The notes under the pieces are model-generated. The model had not been told where the DNA came from. It saw only the letters and a list, made by a program, of their open reading frames with translations, and made no database searches. A stretch of DNA of 64,000 nt from a virus: the IMG/VR virus record IMGVR_UViG_3300021138_000007, positions 32,001 through 96,000 of that record; one strand, given 5' to 3'. The position numbers and the translations under genes are program-made. The number at the start of each line of letters is the position of its first letter. The first letter of the stretch is position 1. Positions 9,747 to 19,245 of this stretch are shown in pieces.

Positions 9747-12700
9747 TTAACTACACTTACTGTTTCCACAGTTTAAACAGACATGACAACCCTCTTGGAA
9801 AATAAGTTTTTCTCCACACTCAGGACATCTTTCACCTGAAGCTGTGCCATCAACAACATATTTCTTCAATTGTCGTGCCATGACTTTTCCAAAGCTATAA
9901 AGACCAGAATCTTTATCTTTACTTAATTGATCTACAATAACAGAGACAGGTACACCGTGTCTAAGCATTGTTGAGATGGTTCTAGTTGCCCAAGCATAAT
10001 CTCCATCGTTAAAGGCTACAGAAATATCTTTAACCTTGATTTCATCATCCTCGTCTCCTATAACAAGATCATAATAATTGGCTTTATTTTTATTAGCGGT
10101 TTTATCTGTCTTGCGTTTAATGATTGTACCAGTTTTATATTTTTTAGGTAATTCAACATGTTCACTTAAACCACCAAATACTTCATAAGGACGACCATTA
10201 TGAAGGCCGATAAGAATAGTCCATTTCTGACCATCTATATTGCTATGCATAATGTCGCAAGGAAGAACTTCTGGTCGCTTAGGCGCATGATTATCTACAA
10301 TATTGTCAGTATTATCACTTTCAGCAGAAACAAGAACACCTGTTCTACTACCATCTACATAAACAGTTACACCCTTTAAGCCATGTTTCCAAGAATGATA
10401 ATATAATTCAGCAACTGTTTCAGGAGTTGTTCCCATAGGCAAATTGATAGTGGAACTAATTCCATGATCAATGTACTTTTGAATTACACCTTGAATTTCA
10501 ACACGCCGCAAACCATTGATATCTCCAGCTTGAACGAAATAATCTGGAAGAATTGCGGACAATTCCGAAGACCATTCGCTATTAGGCTTAGTATTTTGAA
10601 TTACTTGCCATTTTTCATTAGCTTCAGTATTCAATTCAAAATATTCTTTAAGGGTAGGATGGAACACCATATAATGTTCCCATTTATCGCCATTCTGATC
10701 CACAAAATCAATTCTTGCATCTGGATCAGATGGATTAATTTTCTTGCGTCTCATGTAAAAATACATAAATACTGGTTCAAGTCCAGAACTAGTTTGTGAT
10801 TCAATAGAAACACTTCCCGTGGGAGCCATTGTAAGAATTGCGATATTTCGTCTTCCGTATTTTGCCATTTTTTCTTGAAGCCAACTTGGAAGTCTCTTAA
10901 TAAATTCACAATCTTTCTCGGTTTCCCAATCAAACGCTGGAAATGCCCCGCGTTCTTTAGCTAATTCAACTGATTCATCGTATGCAGTATTTCTAAATAC
11001 CTCAAATACTTGATCTACAAAAGCAATTGCTTCATCACTATCATAACGAATTTTTAGACAAGTCAAGGCATCTGCCAAGGCGTGATCTCCTAAACCTATT
11101 CGTCTACCCAATTCAGCGGCCTCTCTAAGTTTAGTGAAAACACGCTTTTCATCTTCGTCGTTAACATTATCAATAATATTAGTTAAATATTCAATTTCTA
11201 ATTCAACAATATTATCCATAACTCGGACGCCTTCTCTAACTTTTTCTCGATATAAATTAAAGTCAAAATAAGCATCATCTTGAAAAGGATTTTTGACATA
11301 ATTCTTTAAATTTAATGTTGTTAAACGACAAGAATCATATGCACTCAAGCCGATTTCTGAGCAGTTATGAACATAAAATCCGTTACAGTCAAAAGCTGAA
11401 ATTTCTGGGATAGTACAATCAAAAACATCTTCAAAGCCTCGACTAACAATTTCTTCAACTTCTACCAAGAAAGACTCTTTATTTGGAGTTCTTTTATATT
11501 CTGAAATTATATTTTCAAGCTTTGATTGTTTGTATTCATCAGTAAAGCCAATTTTATCATTGTATCTTATAATATTATCATTTGCAATGCAAAGTGAATG
11601 AATTGTATGACACCAATAAGATGAAGTTCCACCATTCCCATCAGGCAATGAATAATATCCCTCTAATCTACGGTTTTTATAAATTGTTGAAATAATACCC
11701 AATCGCGCAAGCATTCTTTGAACAATTTCTAATCCTTCTAAATTGGTAGAAGCCAATCTAATGCTAACACCTTTTTCTTGTGTGCCTTCAACGCTACCAT
11801 CAGCATCCATCCATCCTCGAATAAATCCTCTAGTAAAATCAGAAGAAGATTTTTCTACTAATTCATTAAACGTTTTAGATTGGTTCATTACGCCATATTT
11901 TTCAGCAAATTTACCAAGGTTTTTAGAGCTAACACGACTGAAAACATCATTTGTATGCCCAGCCATATCTGATCTTCCGCCAACAGTTTTATGTAATAAA
12001 GAAACTGCTTTAGCTAATAAATCTTTCTGATTAGTACCCCAGTAATCGAGATTTGCTGTGCCATCTTTTTCAATGTTGCCATCGACAATAAGATTGCCTA
12101 GTAGCCAACCTTCTTCAAAAGTTCCTTCGCCATCCCACTCAAAATTTAAGTGTTGATGAAGAACAATTTTATCTCCAGGAATTAGTTCTCCAACTTCTCT
12201 CCAAACTAATTCGGGTGCTTTTCTACCTTGCTTTCTTGAAACTAAAACAGGGTGATTGGAAGTAGCTGGAAGCATAAATCCTTCTTTTGTTCGAACTTCA
12301 AAAACTTCTTTATATCCTGTCGCAAAAAATCCATCTTCTGTTGAACTATATGATGTTCCGTTGACAATAGCATTAAATTGTTTGTTAATTAAATCATTTA
12401 CTAAACGAGGACCATCTTGTGTAGTAGTCCATGCATCTTTAGGAACACAAGGATTCACGCAAATAGTTTTAAACTGCGGATAGCAATGGGCTGGAAGATT
12501 AGAAGTGTAGTTATCCCAGAAAATAATGCCTGGTTCGGCTGTAGCACAAGCAGAGCTATTAATCAACATCCAAAGCTCATTAGCATTGAATTTCTTAAGT
12601 ACTCTTCGTTCAGATGAATCATTTGAATACCACATTTGATAAGCAACAGTTCCTGATTGTTCTGCTGTAACTTCAACCCATTTGCCACCTTTGTTTAAAA

Positions 12701-13550
12701 CATCTTGAACATCGCATTCAACCAATTCTAATTCTTCACAGGTTTCACAAGGCCATTTTGTTATCCATTCTGTTTTAGCTTCTACGGCTTGCATAAATTC
12801 ATCTGTAAGCATAATAGAAACATTAGCACCAGTTACTTTAGAGCGATCATGCTTCATGGTAACAAATCGATCAATATCAGGATGAAGAACATTTAATGTT
12901 TCCATCAAAGCGCCGCGTCGTCCATTTTGACCGATCATACGGCACACATTAGAATAATAATCTGCAAAACTCCAAGCTCCAGTTGAAGTTCCAGCAGAAT
13001 TGCTTACAACAGAATTTTCAGGTCGAAGAGTAGATAAATCTAAACCAACTCCAGCTCTGCGCTTAAATAAATTGGCTAAATCCTTACCAGTATCCATAAT
13101 GCCAGATACCATATCTTTAGGACTTTGAACAACTACACAGTTAGACAGAGAAACTCTAACAAATGGGTTGCCAGTACCATACATAGGACTGCCCTGAGGT
13201 ACAATATATTTAAAATGATCAAATGAATCATAATATTTATTGTATCTAGATTCATAAACAGACAATTGCTGCTCGTTTAAATCTGTAAATTTTAATTCTT
13301 TACCATAGAAGAAATGAACATCTTTCATGGCAATTTCAGAAGCCAAACGCTTATGCATATCAGCAGGGGTTAATTCACAGAAATTATTTTCTGATGCTTT
13401 TGGGTTGCGTAAAGCGTATTTGGTGATAAATGTCGATGTGGCAAGTTCATCGCCGCCAAAATATTTTAAAGTTTCTTGATATACCTCATTTTTGGAGTAT
13501 TTAGCATGTTGTGCTAATACTGTTGGGGTTAATACGTCTGATTGATTCAC
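9747..13550 (-). CDS. nrdJ: Class II (B12-dependent) ribonucleotide reductase with intein
   Basis: SLSNC, GRRGALM, EPG, NP|CSEI, APTG, GVTVYVDGSR, C-terminal Zn ribbon. Confidence 0.93.
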   Translation of the reverse strand: MNQSDVLTPTVLAQHAKYSKNEVYQETLKYFGGDELATSTFITKYALRNPKASENNFCELTPADMHKRLASEIAMKDVHFFYGKELKFTDLNEQQLSVYESRYNKYYDSFDHFKYIVPQGSPMYGTGNPFVRVSLSNCVVVQSPKDMVSGIMDTGKDLANLFKRRAGVGLDLSTLRPENSVVSNSAGTSTGAWSFADYYSNVCRMIGQNGRRGALMETLNVLHPDIDRFVTMKHDRSKVTGANVSIMLTDEFMQAVEAKTEWITKWPCETCEELELVECDVQDVLNKGGKWVEVTAEQSGTVAYQMWYSNDSSERRVLKKFNANELWMLINSSACATAEPGIIFWDNYTSNLPAHCYPQFKTICVNPCVPKDAWTTTQDGPRLVNDLINKQFNAIVNGTSYSSTEDGFFATGYKEVFEVRTKEGFMLPATSNHPVLVSRKQGRKAPELVWREVGELIPGDKIVLHQHLNFEWDGEGTFEEGWLLGNLIVDGNIEKDGTANLDYWGTNQKDLLAKAVSLLHKTVGGRSDMAGHTNDVFSRVSSKNLGKFAEKYGVMNQSKTFNELVEKSSSDFTRGFIRGWMDADGSVEGTQEKGVSIRLASTNLEGLEIVQRMLARLGIISTIYKNRRLEGYYSLPDGNGGTSSYWCHTIHSLCIANDNIIRYNDKIGFTDEYKQSKLENIISEYKRTPNKESFLVEVEEIVSRGFEDVFDCTIPEISAFDCNGFYVHNCSEIGLSAYDSCRLTTLNLKNYVKNPFQDDAYFDFNLYREKVREGVRVMDNIVELEIEYLTNIIDNVNDEDEKRVFTKLREAAELGRRIGLGDHALADALTCLKIRYDSDEAIAFVDQVFEVFRNTAYDESVELAKERGAFPAFDWETEKDCEFIKRLPSWLQEKMAKYGRRNIAILTMAPTGSVSIESQTSSGLEPVFMYFYMRRKKINPSDPDARIDFVDQNGDKWEHYMVFHPTLKEYFELNTEANEKWQVIQNTKPNSEWSSELSAILPDYFVQAGDINGLRRVEIQGVIQKYIDHGISSTINLPMGTTPETVAELYYHSWKHGLKGVTVYVDGSRTGVLVSAESDNTDNIVDNHAPKRPEVLPCDIMHSNIDGQKWTILIGLHNGRPYEVFGGLSEHVELPKKYKTGTIIKRKTDKTANKNKANYYDLVIGDEDDEIKVKDISVAFNDGDYAWATRTISTMLRHGVPVSVIVDQLSKDKDSGLYSFGKVMARQLKKYVVDGTASGERCPECGEKLIFQEGCHVCLNCGNSKCS
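11364..12449 (-). mobile_element. 362-aa intein with LAGLIDADG homing endonuclease at the RNR active-site NPC
   Basis: Starts CVPKDAW, block B ATSNHPV, LLGNLIVDG and FIRGWMDADG, ends GFYVHN before the catalytic CSEI. Confidence 0.95.
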
Positions 13551-13689
13551 TAAAAATCTCCTTATTTATGTCGTTTCGTTATTTAAACGTACTTATGACG
13601 AAACGCTTAACGAATGACTCAATATAGTTTCGTGCATTTTTTGTCATTTTTATATTGTTATAGATAATTTTGGCGCTCACGAAGCAAAA

Positions 13690-14208
13690 TTATTCTCGTG
13701 TAGCGCCACATTTTAAACATTCGTCCCACGGAAATGAATTTTCACTCCCACAGTTACTACATTCAGTAAATAAATCCTTATCAGCATAACGGAAAAAACG
13801 GATACACCCTTCTATATTTTTTCTCGCCACTAAATTGTTTTTTAATAAAATTAACAATTCTTTTTTAACAATATCATCCCTAGTATCTAAAACTTGAGAA
13901 AGTAAATTAGCAGCTTTATTTAAAGCAATATTCAATAAATGTTCTGCCTTTTTATCGTCGGATGTAATATTGTTATTTCTAATTACAGGTTGTCCCGTAC
14001 ACCCCTTTGCTGATGTTTGAATCGCATTCCATGAAGCAGTTGCGTCTATATTAAAATACGTTTTTTCTTCCTGATTTTCCTGTCCTAAAACAATAGTTTT
14101 TTCAAGATTTTCAAACGGATTTTTTCCAGTTTTTAGATACAAATGGAGAGCAGAACGTCTCTCCATTTGTATCTTTTTATCATTAAAATTAAAATTAAAA
14201 TTATTCAT
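13690..14208 (-). CDS. Hypothetical protein with C-terminal zinc ribbon
   Basis: CSNC...CLKC. Confidence 0.6.
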   Translation of the reverse strand: MNNFNFNFNDKKIQMERRSALHLYLKTGKNPFENLEKTIVLGQENQEEKTYFNIDATASWNAIQTSAKGCTGQPVIRNNNITSDDKKAEHLLNIALNKAANLLSQVLDTRDDIVKKELLILLKNNLVARKNIEGCIRFFRYADKDLFTECSNCGSENSFPWDECLKCGATRE

Positions 14209-14229
14209 AGAATATTATGATTTTTTCTT

Positions 14230-14565
14230 TTAAACAGCACATTTTACAGGAATTGAGAATATTCTCGTGCATATTCCTCGCGCCCATTTGCCATTAATTT
14301 CAGTATCATACTCGCTCTGTCTCATGACAAGAACTGCGCTTTGTTGTTTACTTTCAGCTATATTGGATGCCATTCTGAATGCTGTCATCGCAATATAAAG
14401 AGATTTAGGACCAATGGTTTCTAATTTCACATATTCATTGTCTTCTAATACATGTAGAATTGCTCTTGATAAACCAACAGGATCAGTTGGATTATCGTTG
14501 CCGCCGCGAACACGAATAGTGTTTTTCTTTTTATCTACTGTGTTCTTATCTTCAATTAATTCCAT
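14230..14565 (-). CDS. spoVS: SpoVS-family (Alba-like nucleic-acid-binding) protein
   Basis: IRV...TDPVGLSRAILHVL...VKLETIGPKSLYIAMTAFRMA follows the SpoVS pattern; start placed at ATG 14565 after GGAAGG. Confidence 0.7.
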   Translation of the reverse strand: MELIEDKNTVDKKKNTIRVRGGNDNPTDPVGLSRAILHVLEDNEYVKLETIGPKSLYIAMTAFRMASNIAESKQQSAVLVMRQSEYDTEINGKWARGICTRIFSIPVKCAV

Positions 14566-14570
14566 ATTTT

Positions 14571-15569
14571 TTAACCTTCCAAACCACATAAATACATGGT
14601 GTCTTTTAATCGTTCTAATTCACGTTCAAACTCTTCTTGAGTACAATTATACAAATTTGAATCATATATACAATTGGATGATGTGCCATTAAGAATTCTC
14701 TCAATGATTAATCTTTGAATATCTGTTAAATCGTGTGCCAATAATTTGTCCACACTAGTTTCTTCGCTTGTGTTATCATATAAATTGGTCTCTTCATCAT
14801 CAGAATCTTGAGAATAAACACTTAAAGGACGAGAACTTAAAGTAACATAATTAGGATACATTTCCTGGAATCTATCGAAAAGATAAGTACTGTGTTTAGA
14901 TAATAAATGTTTTTTAAGATTATTTGTGATTGTGTTTTGTTTACATTCATCACATGAATTATCTAAATTATGATCACAATGAAATGATTTAGGAGTTTTG
15001 TAAGAAATACAGAATGGACATTGAGTTAAAGTTTCTAAATCATATCCAAATTTAGACATTTGTTCCCATAAGAGATCAGAATGGTTTGTAAGTAAATGAG
15101 TCGAGAGAGGATTGCACCAGGCTTCACAAATTGGGCATTTGGAAGATAAATTTCTTTTGCCGCTGGCATCAGCTTTTACCATATTGGTATATTTATTAGC
15201 GAGACAAGACCAAAAATAATTTTTAAATTCACCACTCCCTCCATATTTGCTTTCAGGTCTAACATTTCTGGGTTTCCATGATGTTAAAGCAGTGCAAAAG
15301 ATAAATAAGAAATCCTGGACAAAATCTTCCCTTGTGTCGTACAAATAACGATATTGAAACCATTTTTGTACCCAATTAAGAGGTTGATATAAACGACAAA
15401 CACGCTCGTAAGCAACACTGATATTGGCTTTGTTATTTTCATTAATTGCTTTTTGATAGGCAATAATGGCATCTTCAAGTTGCTTTTGATTTTCAAGCGT
15501 TTCCTGCAAATCAGATATTTTATTATTGCGATTTTTCTTTAATCGCGTGACTTTATTCTTTTCAGGCAT
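14571..15569 (-). CDS. Divergent sigma-factor-like protein with inserted Cys/His zinc fingers
   Basis: Region 2-like REDFVQD...ALTSWKP...FKNYFWSCLANKYTNM; CPIC..HLLTNH; CPFC...HLLSKH; region 4-like LTDIQRLII. Confidence 0.55.
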   Translation of the reverse strand: MPEKNKVTRLKKNRNNKISDLQETLENQKQLEDAIIAYQKAINENNKANISVAYERVCRLYQPLNWVQKWFQYRYLYDTREDFVQDFLFIFCTALTSWKPRNVRPESKYGGSGEFKNYFWSCLANKYTNMVKADASGKRNLSSKCPICEAWCNPLSTHLLTNHSDLLWEQMSKFGYDLETLTQCPFCISYKTPKSFHCDHNLDNSCDECKQNTITNNLKKHLLSKHSTYLFDRFQEMYPNYVTLSSRPLSVYSQDSDDEETNLYDNTSEETSVDKLLAHDLTDIQRLIIERILNGTSSNCIYDSNLYNCTQEEFERELERLKDTMYLCGLEG

Positions 15570-15789
15570 TAACTTTCCTCATATATAATTGTGAGGTATT
15601 AATACATTATTAAACTAATGGCATATAAAGAAAGTTGTGTGTCAATTGACGATATTTTATTGAAGTTGTAAGTTTAAAACAGTACTATTACCTTAATGAT
15701 AAATGGCGAAACACTTGATCTCACCACTAATATTATTATGGTAAGATCAAGTGTTTATTGTTAATCTATTTAAGTTATTTTTTAATAAT

Positions 15790-17616
15790 TTAGTCTAATA
15801 TTTTAATATCTTCTAAAGTCATTGATAAATTCACTTGATTCCTAAATGTATCCATATTTAACGTGTATACTACACTTACTTTAGTTCCGATTGGATATAG
15901 ATCAATATCCGCGCCTTTACGCCATGCTAATGCATTGATCCATTTAACATCTTTTAAATCACCATGAACATCTTTTACATCATAAGCGTCTGCTAGACGT
16001 AATTTTAAATGTTTACCATCTGAAAGTGTTTCAGATTTGATAACAATCAAGTTTTCTGTTAAATATAAAGGATTCTCATGCATTGCACCAAAAGGAGCTA
16101 ACTTACTAATTGCATCATAAAATTTAACATTGATATCCGAGAAAGAAACTAATGCATCAATGTTTATAATGCGCTCTGGTACTGCATGTTGTCCTGCGGC
16201 ATAAGTGTTTAATGCTTTGCGCAGTTTATCCATGTTTTCAGCAGGTAAAGTAAATCCAGCAGCAAAAGCGTGACCGCCACAAACAACGGAACCATCATCG
16301 CGCTTTAAAAAACAATCCCAAACTTCAGGTGATTGTAAAGCTTGAAGAATATTGAATGTTTTAACACTACGACAGCTTCCTTTAGCTAATCCAGTCTCTT
16401 CATCAATAGAACAAACTAAAGCTGGACGAGAAAATTTTTCTGCAAGCTTTCCAGCAACCAATCCAATTAGTCCAGGATGCCAACCTTTAGCTCCAACTAC
16501 AATAATGTATTCATTATCTAAATCATAAGTTTTTTCAACTAAAGCAATAGCTTCGGCAGTAACTTGTTCTTGCTGACTTTGGCGTCTTCTGTTTGCTGTA
16601 TCTAATTGTAATGCCTTAGCTTTTGCTCTACCCTCATTAGTTTCAATTAATAAATCAAGAGCAACTCCAGCGTCATCTAAACGCCCTATCGCGTTGATAC
16701 GAGGTCCTAATTGAAAACCAATATTCATAGTCGAAACGCCCTTTTGAACGTCTGCAACTTTAAGTAATTCTTGAATACCTGGTTTACTGGTATTTGAAAG
16801 AGCTTGACATCCTAAATGAACTAAAACACGATTTTCGTCCAACATTGGAGCCACGTCAGCTACAGTGCCGAGTGCTACATATTCTATTAAATCATGGAAA
16901 AGTTCTTTGACATTAAGTCCTCTTCTTTGCCCTAGCGCCATCATAACTTTAAAAGCAATACCAACTCCAGCTAAATCATCAAATGGATATCGTTGAAAAT
17001 CTTCTGTGGCATATTCTGCAAAATGTTCACCAGGATATTTAGGATCATCTCTATTAGGATTTACCACACCAATACAGTCAGGTATTTTGCCATCTATAGT
17101 AGGATGGTGGTGATCTGTAATAATCAAATCTAATCCATGTTTTTTAGCATATTCTGCCGCTTCAAAAGCAACAATTCCGCAGTCAACGCTCATAAGCAAA
17201 TCTGCGCCAGCTTCTAATGCTTTTTCAACGCTTTTAACCTTAATATCATAACCGTCTTTGATTCTATGAGGAGCGTGATATGCAAAATTTGCACCGAGTT
17301 TTCTTAACGCTGTTACGACAACACTGGTTGCTGTAACACCATCTACGTCATAGTCACCCCAGACAAAAATCTTTTCATTATTATCTAAAGCTTTCTCAAG
17401 TCTATTAATAACTGGTTTAATATCTGGCAATAACCAAGGATTATGTAACTTTGACATAGTTAATTTGACAAAATCATTATAATCCTCAACTGTACGTATA
17501 TTTCTATTAATGTAGACTTTAGCGGCTGACAATGGTATACGTAAATCATCAGCTAAATCTGCCGCTTCATCTCTTGATATTTTTTTAAGATTCCAAATTG
17601 TTTTTATTTCTTGCAT
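15790..17616 (-). CDS. recJ: Single-stranded DNA exonuclease RecJ
   Basis: GDYDVDG, VDCG, TDHH, GTVADV, GPRINAIGR, GGHAFAAG, APFG. Confidence 0.97.
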   Translation of the reverse strand: MQEIKTIWNLKKISRDEAADLADDLRIPLSAAKVYINRNIRTVEDYNDFVKLTMSKLHNPWLLPDIKPVINRLEKALDNNEKIFVWGDYDVDGVTATSVVVTALRKLGANFAYHAPHRIKDGYDIKVKSVEKALEAGADLLMSVDCGIVAFEAAEYAKKHGLDLIITDHHHPTIDGKIPDCIGVVNPNRDDPKYPGEHFAEYATEDFQRYPFDDLAGVGIAFKVMMALGQRRGLNVKELFHDLIEYVALGTVADVAPMLDENRVLVHLGCQALSNTSKPGIQELLKVADVQKGVSTMNIGFQLGPRINAIGRLDDAGVALDLLIETNEGRAKAKALQLDTANRRRQSQQEQVTAEAIALVEKTYDLDNEYIIVVGAKGWHPGLIGLVAGKLAEKFSRPALVCSIDEETGLAKGSCRSVKTFNILQALQSPEVWDCFLKRDDGSVVCGGHAFAAGFTLPAENMDKLRKALNTYAAGQHAVPERIINIDALVSFSDINVKFYDAISKLAPFGAMHENPLYLTENLIVIKSETLSDGKHLKLRLADAYDVKDVHGDLKDVKWINALAWRKGADIDLYPIGTKVSVVYTLNMDTFRNQVNLSMTLEDIKILD

Positions 17617-17619
17617 TTA

Positions 17620-18078
17620 TTATTCCTTATCAGGCAAGTAAATATACTCAATACCTGATGTTTTTAATATTTCAAAACTGTAATCGTTTTCAATAGGAGT
17701 TAAACTGATTACTTTTATGACTCCTGCTCCAGCAATTATTCTCGCGCATGTATGGCATGGGCGATGTGTGGTATAAATAACAGAATCTATTGTACTAACA
17801 CCCGCTCTAGCCGCTTGAATAATTAAATTTTGTTCTGCGTGTATAGTTCGAATACATCGTCCAGTTTCTTCCTCAATAAGACAACCTGCGTCTACGCAAT
17901 GAGGATGACCAGGAGGAGAACCATTGTATCCAGTTGCTAAAATTCTGCAATCTTTAACAAGAAGTGCTCCTACTTTTCGAGAAGAACACGTTGCTCTTGA
18001 CGCAATATGTTTAGCACATTGCATAAAATAATCATCCCAAGATAATCTATCCATTGTCTTCCTCGTCTGATAAATCAT
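17620..18078 (-). CDS. dCMP deaminase (ComEB-like)
   Basis: TGYNG, HAEQN, PCHTC. Confidence 0.93.
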   Translation of the reverse strand: MIYQTRKTMDRLSWDDYFMQCAKHIASRATCSSRKVGALLVKDCRILATGYNGSPPGHPHCVDAGCLIEEETGRCIRTIHAEQNLIIQAARAGVSTIDSVIYTTHRPCHTCARIIAGAGVIKVISLTPIENDYSFEILKTSGIEYIYLPDKE

Positions 18079-18373
18079 TTATGTATTTTACTAAACCGTT
18101 AATTTCAGCATCACTCACAGGTGGTTTTAATGTTTCAAAATCAAATTTTGCGAAGTAAAAGGGGATATTTATTGACTTTACTTCTGCGTACCAAGATTCA
18201 AATGATTCATCGGAAGGATAAACAGTTAATTCTTTTTTTCTCACATCAAATGTTAATGTTAAAACAAAATATGTCCATCCCAAACAATCATAAAACTCAT
18301 AATATCCAACTAACCAATTTCCATCTCCCTCTTTCCCAGAGGGAGGCGTTTTAGTCCAAGTTAAATCCATCAT
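18047..18373 (-). CDS. Hypothetical protein
   Basis: 108-aa ORF overlapping both neighbours. Confidence 0.5.
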   Translation of the reverse strand: MMDLTWTKTPPSGKEGDGNWLVGYYEFYDCLGWTYFVLTLTFDVRKKELTVYPSDESFESWYAEVKSINIPFYFAKFDFETLKPPVSDAEINGLVKYINDLSDEEDNG

Positions 18374-19161
18374 GCCACCTTAATTTTTAATTCCTCTGTA
18401 TTGTCAACAATCATTTGTTCAATACCCAATCTTAATTGTTTACTGCCATATTTCAAAACAAATTCATCTGGATCATATCCTTTAGGCAAATACACCACAT
18501 GCAATTTCAAATCGGCTTCTTCGATGATAGGTTTTGATCTTATTACAGCCTGTTCACCCGCATCATCTGCATCTAACATTAAAACAACATGATCACAATA
18601 GCGCTTAATTAAAGCCACATGATATTGAGATAATGCTGTGCCACAAATTGCGGCAGTATTACCCATATTTTTAGATGAAAGCACCAATGCGTCTAAGTAT
18701 CCTTCTACTAGATTGATATAATTACGTTTTCGAATTATTTCTTTACCTTCATATAGATTAAAAAGATGTCTTTGTTTAGGATATGGTTCATTAATCCATT
18801 TGCCTTTATTCCATTTATCAATTTTGTCTTTTGCTTGTGCTGGTTCATGTCCGAATGCATCCCATAAAGCATTATGTGTTAATTCTTGCATAGCTTCATA
18901 CTTTCTGCCAGCAAATGCGATAATTGTTCCGTGTACATCTCTAATAGGCACTATAATACGTCCTTTTAATAAGGGGAACCAATGTCTTGAATAAGGAGGG
19001 CAAAAACCCATTCTTCCTTGTTCAATTAATTCTTTTTTGATTCCGCGTTCATTAACGTATTCTAATGCTTTTTCATTGCTCAACAATTCTCTGGAGAATT
19101 GTTGAGATATTTGTTCTCCAGTTAATAGAGTAGGAGAAGCTTTAGGATCAATAACAGTCAT
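18370..19161 (-). CDS. dnaG: DNA primase catalytic core (Toprim) without zinc-binding domain
   Basis: RIIVPIRD...AFAGR, VEGYLD, CGTAL, LDADDAG, GYDPDE; start placed at ATG 19161 behind a CGATAAT box. Confidence 0.9.
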   Translation of the reverse strand: MTVIDPKASPTLLTGEQISQQFSRELLSNEKALEYVNERGIKKELIEQGRMGFCPPYSRHWFPLLKGRIIVPIRDVHGTIIAFAGRKYEAMQELTHNALWDAFGHEPAQAKDKIDKWNKGKWINEPYPKQRHLFNLYEGKEIIRKRNYINLVEGYLDALVLSSKNMGNTAAICGTALSQYHVALIKRYCDHVVLMLDADDAGEQAVIRSKPIIEEADLKLHVVYLPKGYDPDEFVLKYGSKQLRLGIEQMIVDNTEELKIKVA

Positions 19162-19245
19162 ATATGTATTATCGTGCAATTATTATCAAAAAAGATGTCT
19201 ATTTTTCAATAAACATCTTTTTTGAAAGACTATTTGAAAAGTATT

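Noticed and set aside
15709-15756. Imperfect inverted repeat after recJ (and a similar one near 21780-21828) as ncRNA or mobile-element ends
   Set aside because: Position downstream of stop codons fits ordinary terminators; no further support
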